DNA of 63,995 nucleotides, filler included, from Bonamia ostreae (Eukaryota): NCBI GenBank assembly GCA_040357525.1. It is 12 parts of 12 records of this genome, joined end to end, with 100 filler letters (N's around TTAATTAATTAA, not from the genome) between each part and the next. Parts side by side here need not be neighbours in the genome. Positions count along the whole stretch, not along the records: positions 21,521 to 26,779 come from JBDODL010000210.1; positions 26,880 to 32,132 come from JBDODL010000211.1; positions 32,233 to 37,476 come from JBDODL010000213.1; 9 more parts are not named here. One strand, written 5' to 3'. A program made the translations under genes and the position numbers. Below are positions 24,868-33,766 of the stretch, piece by piece. The notes beneath the pieces are model-generated. The model was not told where the DNA came from and made no database searches. It saw only the letters and a list, made by a program, of their open reading frames with translations. How positions within the stretch are numbered: position 1 is the first letter of the stretch; every line of letters begins with the position of its first letter.

Positions 24868-25195
24868 CCGATTCTACGCATTCTTTTATGGAATTAAATA
24901 TTTTATCGTCTATTCCAGCTACGCTTTTTAATTCATATATATCCATATAGGGCCTGTTGCTTATTATTCTGCCTGCTAGTACATCGCCTATGTTAGCAAG
25001 ATGTTCTAGTGCTTCTTTGCTACAATTATTGATATTTATTTTGCCGGGTTCTTCTGTGCTTACTGTAACGGTTTGGGTTTGGGTCTGCGTAACGTTGCCA
25101 TTTGATTTGCTACAAGTTAATATAGCGGTTGTAATGGTAACTGACAATATTACACTTATTACTATTATTACTATGTCTTTCTTGATTTCGTTCAT
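24839..25195 (-). CDS. ComEA-like helix-hairpin-helix protein with an N-terminal membrane anchor
   Basis: TM segment, Thr-rich linker, KININNCSKEALEHLANIGDVLAGRIISNRPYMDIYELKSVAGI. Confidence 0.85.
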   Translation of the reverse strand: MNEIKKDIVIIVISVILSVTITTAILTCSKSNGNVTQTQTQTVTVSTEEPGKININNCSKEALEHLANIGDVLAGRIISNRPYMDIYELKSVAGIDDKIFNSIKECVESGDNDVLSND

Positions 25196-25247
25196 ATTAT
25201 CGCCCCTTCTTGCATGAATCGTTATTTTATTAGTTAATTAATTCATC

Positions 25248-25412
25248 TTATGCGGGAATAATAATATTAACTATGCCTTGAACTTCTTCTTGTGTAGCTT
25301 CTTCATGATCTACCATCTTTTGCAGTTTGACTATAATGTAATCTTTATCTATTCCGCCTACGGCACATTTTTTTAATGCCTCTAATGTTCTTTTTTTACC
25401 AAATAATAACAT
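25248..25412 (-). CDS. Small phage protein (54 aa), XkdX-like by position
   Basis: SD AAGGAGG; MLLFGKKRTLEALKKC...EEVQGIVNIIIPA directly after the tail gene; below the ORF-track length cutoff. Confidence 0.7.
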   Translation of the reverse strand: MLLFGKKRTLEALKKCAVGGIDKDYIIVKLQKMVDHEEATQEEVQGIVNIIIPA

Positions 25413-25424
25413 AATATTACCTCC

Positions 25425-26779
25425 TTATATTGTAGCTACTATAATTAAATCTAGTTCGTTGTTTATTCTGTTAATTTCTTTGTTTATTTTAGCTATGGCA
25501 TCACTGTTGGTCCCTATGGCTGTGCCTATATTAGATGGTACATTTCCATGCAGTTCATTGTTTAGATATACGCCAGGGTCTAATTCGGCTTTAACCAATA
25601 CACTTTTATCAATCGAACTAGGTAATGTTAATGTTAGTCCGTCGCTACTAAGCGTTACACCCGATATTTTATTTAATGCTTGTTGATTTTTATCTAGTTC
25701 CCATACTCCATAATCTCTACTGTCTATGTCAATTAGTTTTTGGGGTACTGTTATAGTATCTTGATTTGATAATGTATATATTTTTTCATGTGTACCAATT
25801 TGAGTCAAATTTCCGTTTTTAAATGTTTTAATACTGGTTGGTGCTTGATAACCTTGTTCGCCATCATGGATAGTTGCGGGTTGTGCAAGTTGATAGTATA
25901 CTATTGTTCCAATTAAATCAGCTTTAGCCTCATTTACATCTGCATAAGTATTTAATGGAAAAGTAAACACATAGTTACCAGGATTAATATAATGCGCATA
26001 AAACGTACTGCCTGCTGGATTAGAACCTAACGGAGTGGTTCTGCTAGTAGCCATGCCTTCACTATCTATATTTGGCAACATTCCTATAAGTGTTACTTGT
26101 TTAATAACAACATATTGTACTAAATTATTAACTCCAATAGCTTGAATATCTGTGCTTTTCAATACGTATCTATTAGCGTTATAAATTAAGTCATCATCAA
26201 TTTCATCAGATATACCGTTTTGTAACTGTGCCATTGGTCGTGGTAGCGTGATGCTTGCTGTATCTTCTTGATATGGCTCATAACTTGCAACATCGCCTTC
26301 TACCAACATAATATTAGTTATTTTTTGTGTTAATACAACGCTAGGATTTTGATAATAACTTATTACTAATTCTCCGTTGCTATTACTAATTCCACTGGTT
26401 TGACTACTTTTTTCAACACCAAGTAACATAGTGGGAGGGAGATACCTTGATATGCTGTATTTTGTATTAGGTTTTACTTTTATTGTTGCTATCCAAATTG
26501 ATTCACCTAAATGAGTAGGTGCAAGTTCTCCATTAAAAAACAATGGTTTATAATTGACTCCATAATTTAATATCATTTTATCGACTACGTATTGTCCGAA
26601 TAAGTTTTTACCTCTACTAAGCAAATCATAATTTGTTGCACCTTCTACTCCGCCCGATAGTGTTGCGCCTTTTAACGTTAACCCGAATTGTGAACCGTCT
26701 AAAATGCCACTAGGCATATCGTAAATAACTTTAGCTTCATTGCTAGGATTAATAGGTAATGTGCTATTTTCTTTTAACT
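25425..26779 (-). CDS. Phage tail/receptor-binding-type protein, 5'-truncated
   Basis: GKNLF, IKVKPNTKYSIS, IMLVEGDVASYEPYQ, VYYQLAQP motifs typical of Firmicutes siphophage minor tail proteins. Confidence 0.75.
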
Positions 26780-26879
26780 NNNNNNNNNNNNNNNNNNNNN
26801 NNNNNNNNNNNNNNNNNNNNNNNTTAATTAATTAANNNNNNNNNNNNNNNNNNNNNNNNNNNNNNNNNNNNNNNNNNNN

Positions 26880-27609
26880 CACAAAAACAGTCAAAAATCA
26901 CTAAAAAATGTTCTTAAAGTTCAACCTGTGAGACCAAGCATGATAATTTTTAGGCTCTTGCAGCAAACACTGTTTTAAAACTTTAAATTCATTTTCCAAA
27001 TCAAAGTTTTCCATTTTTTTGATGACTTCTCTTCTGTGAAACCAAATTTGATAATTTTTAGGAGCTCTTTTCATTATTATTTCCGAAAAAGTCATTTCCT
27101 CTTTTAAATCCTCATTTAGTTCAAATAGACATTTTCTTCTCCAATGCCTTTTTTCAAATTTTACAAAATATTTTATGCCTAATAAAAATTATTTGATATT
27201 TGAGAACGGAGTACTATTTTATCGTAAAAAATAAAGAGGGACTTATTTTTGAACTGAACAAAAATTAGAGCGGAATTTGAAAGGTGGTCATTTAGAAAAT
27301 TATTAAAGACCAAATTGTGTAGTTAGTCGGATTGTAAGGAATTGCCGCAGTTGTCAACAAAAGGGCTCTTTTGGACACCTCTTTCATTGAAAACAAGATC
27401 CGAAAATACTTAAAGACCTCAACAGCTTTAAATTTTAAGAAAATTGAATAGCTTTACTAAAATAAACGTTCATCGTCAAAATAGACAGGAACAATGACAT
27501 TGTCTATTTTTTGATAATCATATTTATCTGGACTTTCATTTATGAGCTTAGTTATATCAGCAAATTCTTTTTTTTCTCTGAGCGGGAAGAACTTTTTATC
27601 TACCGACAT
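26880..27609 (-). CDS. FNTA: Protein farnesyl/geranylgeranyltransferase-I alpha subunit, 3'-truncated
   Basis: PPTA repeats NPTNYTIW, APKNYQIWFHRR, EPKNYHAWSHR. Confidence 0.88.
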
Positions 27610-27820
27610 TTTTTCAAATTCAGCGTTTATATGAGATTTTTTAAACTTAAACTTAATAACGAGCTTAACTTAATGAACTAAAAATATGTAAAAATAAAGT
27701 GAATTGTAAATTGTAAAGTATTTAAAAGAACTGCCAAAAATGTAAATAATTTTGCTTTTTTAAACATTTTTTCACATTAATTATTAAAATGTTTTATTAC
27801 AACGTTTCTATTCAAATTTT

Positions 27821-27945
27821 TTGGCAATTAAAAATAAAAACCAAAATTCAAGTAACAATAAAAAATTAAATTTTGGCAATTAAAAATAAAAACCAAAATT
27901 CAAGTAACAATAAAAAATTGGCTTTTGCAATTAAAAACCAAAAAA
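27821..27945 (+). repeat. 52-bp tandem repeat (2 copies plus a partial)
   Basis: ttggcaattaaaaataaaaaccaaaattcaagtaacaataaaaaatt at 27821 and 27873. Confidence 0.85.
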
Positions 27946-27955
27946 ATAGTTTTTA

Positions 27956-28780
27956 ATGACTTATCCAAACAAAACCTTCTTCGAAATTCACCGCTACGTT
28001 ACTCTCCCGATCAGCATTCTCTTCTCCATTTTATATCCTTTTCTTTTTTTCTGCCTCAAAAAACCTTTCGACACCGAAAACATAAAACACAAATGCCGTC
28101 TGATCGGATGGATTCTCAGCATTTTTATCTCCGTTGTTAACATTGATTTCTATTCAGAATTACAACATTTACCAAAAATGACTGTCAGCTTACTAAAACT
28201 GAATATTGAATTTCTAAATTGTTTAATGTACATCTCAATGGCTCATTTTATGTTGATGATGTTGTTTGAAGCGAGGATGTCGCCGAATAGGAAATATGTG
28301 AAGAAACTGGATATTTGTGTTATAGTCGTTTATATTGCTATTTTGGTCGGTTTGGAAGTCTTTTGTTTTATCTTTGAGAATTTGTTTTTTGTTATTTATC
28401 AATTTAAATATTTTTGAATTTTTTTAAGTTTAAACGGCCAAATTTAATAAAATAGCAATTTTGTTTATTTTGCAAAAATACTGACTGCAATTTTCCTTTC
28501 TTATGCTCTTTACTTTTTGGTGATAAATTTTCTTTTGCTGCTTGAGACGATAAAAACAAGAGAGGAAGATATTTCTGTAAAACAAACTTCTTTCGGAAGA
28601 GTGCAAATTTTTATATTTTATTCGGTTGCTTTGGCGTTTTTTACCACAGCCGTTGAGTTGATCGAAATTTTTATAACTAACAAAATGGAAAAATTTTTGT
28701 TTTTGAGTGTTGCCAATATTTGTTATTTCTTGAGAAACTTTTTGATCGTTTGGTTTTCTTTTTCTTGCATGGATTTTTAG
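27956..28780 (+). CDS. Hypothetical multi-pass membrane protein (~6-7 TM)
   Basis: Two ORFs with successive hydrophobic helices; exon ends approximate. Confidence 0.6.
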
Positions 28781-29432
28781 TTGTACAAAAAAATTTTTCC
28801 AATTTTTATTTTGTTCATAATTTTTACATGTTTAAAAAATCAGATTTTTACAAAATAATTATTTTTGTGTAACAGTAATCTGGCAATTAAACAAAATTTT
28901 TCATCTTTTGTTTGAATTAACTACGCGAATTCCATATGATCTAAGAAATCCGAAACAGAGCTTTAAACAAAAATTTTCTAAAAAATTGCAATTAAAAATG
29001 TCAAAAATTTGTAAAAAAAGAGCTCACACAAATCAAGATTTATTGGATGAAAATTCGATTCAGTGTCTAAAAAATGTCAATAAGAAAATTGAGAACATAT
29101 TTTGGACAAAACTCAGAAAACGTTCTTGTAATAAAATTTTGCTTCGACAAAAATTTGAAATTTTAAAATAAAGAAGAATTGGCTTACAACTCAAAGTGTG
29201 AAATGACAATGGAAAAACTCAAAAACGGCTCTACGAACATTCGTGTCACTGCTTGGGGATTTGAAGGGAGTTTGTACTTTTACACAAAACCTTATTTCAG
29301 AATTTATAAGAGGGAAATTAGACAGATTTGGGGTGAACACGAAGAATAAATTTTTTGCAATTAAAAAAATTTTTAATAATAAAAAAAATTTCAATTAAAA
29401 TTAAAAATTAAAAAAAATTTTGTAATAAACAT

Positions 29433-30908
29433 TCAATCAACTTTGACCCAACTGCTCTCTCCAATGGGCGAATAAGCGGTTGAAGGACCTTTTCGAACAC
29501 TGAAAACATTTTGCGTTTTGGTGACACCTTTGCACTCGCGGCAGTCACAACATTTTTGCTTCGCCATTTCAAGCGAATCAATGTTTTGGGAATTGCCACA
29601 CGCAAAATCTTTCAAAAATGTATTCTTTTGTTCCTCGCCGAACGAACATTCTTTGAAAATTTGATTTATCTGTAAAAATCACTGAACAATAAAAATAACA
29701 ACCATCACTGTTGCCGTCATAACTGTCACCACTGTCATTGCTGTTACCACCCTTAACAACATCCGAGCCCGGCGCTGTATTCAGGATCCAATCGACAAAC
29801 TTGGAAACTCTTATGAAAATCCCATATTTCGCACACGAATTGGCACCGTGAACGACTCCCGTCTGAACAAAATCAGAGCCACTCCGCACAAACAACGGCG
29901 ATCCACTGTCTCCCGGTGCGATTGATTTCCCTGCGACGTCTTTTAGGCAAAGTTCTGTGTCAAGAGGCCACCAGTTTTCACACATTGCAGCGCAATCTTG
30001 TTGCGACAAAATGGGTGCAGTGATTTCTTGAAGTGTCTTTGGAAAGACATATTGAGAATCGGGTGTTGTGTCGCCCCATCCAATCACTGTGTTTTCTTTG
30101 TCTTTTTTATTATTTTTAAAATAAATCTTTGTAGCAATTTTATTCTAATTTTTCTTTTTAGAAGTTTTTTAAAAATGAAAATGCTTTTTTTAATATTAAT
30201 TTTTAAAATATTTTAATTTTCGTCGGGAGCATGAAAACTGTAAAAACTGTAGAAAAAATAAGTAGTAAAGAAAAATTGAAAAAAATTATTTTTGATAAAT
30301 ATTTTTTTGTTGTTAAATTTTTTGAAATTTTTTGAAATTTAACAAATTTTTTGTTAAATTTTTTGTTAAATCGCTAAAATTTTTTGATTGTTTTCTAAAT
30401 TACGTTCTAATATTTATTCTTTGATGCAATCGTTATAAAAAACTTGGATCGGAAAATCCATTTTTTCCGGAATCGATTAAAATCGGCTTGAAATCATTTA
30501 CAGTGGGACTGATTTTCGCAATCAGAATATCTTGTCCCTCACCACTGCCGTTTTTCCATTTTTGGAGCACATTCAATTTTCTTCCCCCGCTTTTTTAAAT
30601 TAATGTAACAAAATTTTATTATTTTTTGATGTTATTTGGCTAAATATTAGGAGAAAAATTATAAAATAGCAAATTGGAAATTACGAAAATTCGGTTCGTC
30701 CAATCCAAACGGAATTGCCGACTTCACTTTCACAATGAGCGGCAGTTAAAATATAGTTTGGTGCAATAAGAGAAGCGCCACAGCCATTCGCCATTACGAC
30801 GAAAGGATATTTTCCAGGCGGAACGTCTGTTCCGTCGATTATTCGATCGATTGAACGTTTTTGTGGTTTACACAAATAAAAAGAGAATAACAAAATAATT
30901 ATTTTCAT
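29433..30908 (-). CDS. Secreted S1 (trypsin-fold) serine protease with a Cys-rich C-terminal extension
   Basis: Signal peptide, R|IIDG activation site, LTAAHC, QDILIAK (exon ~30460-30600), GDSGSP. Confidence 0.93.
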
Positions 30909-31020
30909 TGGAGTTTTAAAATTTAGCTTTATAAAATTTTAATATTTGTAAAATTTGAATCTTTCGTCCATTTTATCAAAATTTTCGTTTAAAATTTTTC
31001 CAATAAAATGAAAAAAATCG

Positions 31021-31776
31021 TCAAATTTTATCAAATCTTTCGATCTTCGAATACTCCCTTTCTGCAATTGTTTCAATTACGATTTTTCTGATTTCCTTTT
31101 GAACCTCGAAGATATCTTTCGCTGCGTCGATCATGTTGAAATGAGCCTCCATTTCTGAATACGCCTTTCTGACTTTCTTTTGGAATTCCTTTTTCTCGTA
31201 TATCTCATTGCCGTAATGGCCTCTTTTGCCACTTATTTCTAATGGAGCGTCGAGGAAAAAGGTGATGTCGGGCGCAATCAAGCCAAAATCAGGCATTGCG
31301 CACCATTTTTTCGAGATCCCTTTTGCCATCGAATAAGCGATTCCAGAATAATAGTATCTATCCATCAGAATGTGCACGCCATTTTCCATTTTTTCGAGCA
31401 TGTCCGAATTAAGTTCCCAGCGATTTGCTGAGAAGAGGAGATGGATTGTTTCGTCGCTGAGTGCTGTTGACTTAATAAGATAACTGTCGATGAGCTTTCC
31501 TACGGGGGTGTCCCTTTCTTGAGGAAATTTGTTAATTATTTACTTTTTAGGGAATGTTTGTATTGAAAAGATTGAAATTTTTAAAAATTGGCAAATTTTC
31601 TCTAAAATATTTTTAATTTAAAGTAAAGCACGCGGGCAAGACATAGTTTCGAAAGGAATGCTATTTTCCTTAAAAAATTTAGCCAGCAGATTGACCTGCG
31701 TGCTTTTGCCGCTACAGTCCAATCCTTCGAACACGATTAAAGTTCCTCTGCGGTCAATATTATTATTAATGCTCAT
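31021..31776 (-). CDS. DTYMK: Thymidylate kinase
   Basis: RGTLIVFEGLDCSGKSTQ, IHLLFSANRWE, MDRYYYSGIAYS, EIYE. Confidence 0.96.
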
Positions 31777-31816
31777 TAATATAAGATCAAAACACGTTGC
31801 ACTGGATTACAGTTTA

Positions 31817-32132
31817 ATGACGCAAAATACCCTTTTTGTAATTCTGAGCATTCTCCTCGGATTCGTTACGAGCGAAGTCACGCTCATTAAAACCGAAAAA
31901 GAATTCAAGGAGCTCATTAAAAACGAAAATGCACTTGTCAAATTCTATGCTCCATGGTGTGGACATTGCAAAGCTTTGGCCCCAGAATATGTTCAAGCGG
32001 CCAAAGATCTTATGGCAGACAAAGTTAAAGACGTTAAAATGGTCGAAGGTCACTCAATTTTTAAACCGCTAAATTTTGACTCGTTTTTGACATTGAGCCA
32101 AATTTCTGTTTATTTTAATCGATAAATTTTGA
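31817..32132 (+). CDS. Protein disulfide isomerase, N-terminus only
   Basis: Signal peptide, then VKFYAPWCGHCKALAPEY. Confidence 0.93.
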
Positions 32133-32303
32133 NNNNNNNNNNNNNNNNNNNNNNNNNNNNNNNNNNNNNNNNNNNNTTAATTAATTAANNNNNNNNNNNN
32201 NNNNNNNNNNNNNNNNNNNNNNNNNNNNNNNNTAAACTAAAAATCTGCAAAAAAATTGCAAAAAATAATCAAAAATCTGAGAACTAGCAATCAATAAAAA
32301 TAG

Positions 32304-32926
32304 CCGCGCAACATTCCCAGGATTTCTCGTCCTGGTACTCGTCCGTGCCGGGTCTTAAAGTATTCTCTGTCTTCGATGCCTAAGATGCACGCGGAATGGT
32401 CAAAAGCGCCATCCGAGACGACAACCCCGTTCTTCTGCTCGAGCACGAGTTGGTTTACGGCGACTCCTTCCCCATCTCAGAAAAAGCTCTTTCAAAAGAT
32501 TTCCTCGTTCCTTTCGGAAAAGCTCGCATTATGCGAGAAGGAGAAAATGTCACAATAACAGCAAGTTCCATCTCTGTAAAGAAGGCGCTGGCTGCGGCAG
32601 CAATGTTGGAGAAAGAAGGTATCTCCACGGAAGTGATAAACTTGCGTTGTCTGCGCCCTCTCGACACGGAGACGATCCTCTCTTCCGTGAAAAAAACGAG
32701 AAGACTTGTGTCTGTCGAGGAGGGTTGGCCGCAAAATGGAGTGGGCGCAGAGATGTGCGCGCTGTTTATGGAAAGGAACCGGTTCTATGAATTGGACGCG
32801 CCAGTAGAAAGGGTGACGGGCGCAGATGTTCCGATGCCTTACGCAAAAGAGTTGGAGGAAAAATGCACTCCATCTCCCGAAGACATTGTGAAGGCCTGCA
32901 AACGAACGTTGCACAAGGACACGTAA
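32304..32926 (+). CDS. PDHB: Pyruvate dehydrogenase E1 beta, 3' exon
   Basis: AQHSQDFSSWYSSVPGLKV, SAIRDDNPVLLLEHE, EVINLRCLRPLD, LDAPVERVTGADVPMPYA. Confidence 0.96.
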
Positions 32927-33190
32927 ATAAGCTAAAAACTTTAAATTTTAAATAAAAAATTTATTTCAAACATTTTTGTTGTTGTTACATTTATTGTGAC
33001 AAAAAATTTATGAGATTTCATGTGCATTTTACGACATTGGAAATTGACAAAAATTCTAAAATCTCACTGCAATTTGAAATTATCGTTGGCGAAAAAATTT
33101 TCGATCTAGTTTAGAATATGTTAATGGCAGAGAATAAAATTTCTGAAAACAACAGATTTGGTGTTTTGGACAATTTGATCGCAAAACTTC

Positions 33191-33646
33191 AAAAAGCCTT
33201 GAGGGATTCGAACCCCCGCGGAGACCAGTAGTCAACTGCGACTCCACCAACCGACCATATCTGGACGGAAGGATGTTAACCACTGCATCAAAGGCTATTC
33301 GTCGATCGCCGTCCAAGCAAGTCACAGCAACACCGCCCAACGCTCCGTGAACTGCATGGACAGCTTCCGCAAATTCGCGTGTTGCGAGCGATCGCCAATG
33401 GCGGGCATCACGTCAGGGCACTTTTGGCGACAAGACGTGGGCTCGAGAGAGCACATCCCATCCCGCCAGAAACTTCGTGCTCGCCGCGGCCGTTCGAACG
33501 GTCTGACTAACGCGGAGGTGTTGTTTCAAGATTTCGACAATTTTAAAGTGATTTTGTAATTGTCGTGGCCGGGGATCGAACCCCGCGGTTACGTTCCAAG
33601 TCATTAGCAACACAAGGTTGTAACAGCCAGACCATCGAACGGCGAT
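33191..33646 (-). ncRNA. Putative Pol III structured ncRNA locus, family unidentified
   Basis: GC-rich island; two GGTTCGANNCC B-boxes on the - strand; no T4 run until T5 at 33195-33191; several long helices with G-U pairs. Confidence 0.7.
33195..33296 (-). ncRNA. tRNA-like element with non-canonical middle arms
   Basis: Acceptor-like AGCCTT/AAGGCT, D-arm GATG-CAGTGGTTAA-CATC, T-arm GGGGG-TTCGAAT-CCCTC, oligo-T terminator. Confidence 0.65.
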
Positions 33647-33766
33647 TCAAATAGAAAATTTTTTGTTTATTATGTTTTTGCAGCCATTATTTGCTTTTAC
33701 ATGTTTTAATTCTCGTTGCTGCGATAATGTAAATAAACTTTTCAATAATGTAAAAATTTGTACAAT

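Larger units (their letters stand above)
21521..26779 (-). mobile_element. Bacteriophage/prophage tail-lysis region (bacterial contig among the eukaryotic contigs)
   Basis: Intronless, co-oriented, tightly packed ORFs; Shine-Dalgarno motifs (AAGGAGG, AAGGTG, GAAGGGG) before ATGs; holin and tail-like products. Confidence 0.88.

Noticed and set aside
17625-27609. Prophage integrated between myosin and FNTA (HGT)
   Set aside because: Both junctions are artificial linkers; no physical adjacency is shown.
33535-33565. Telomerase template in the hairpin loop (AAAATCACTTTAAAAT)
   Set aside because: No C-rich telomere-like repeat and no matching telomeric sequence in the window; unsupported.
33080-33613. 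Short ORFs 33080-33340, 33347-33559 and 33413-33613 as proteins
   Set aside because: Non-ATG starts and no recognisable motifs; they arise from the GC-rich RNA island.
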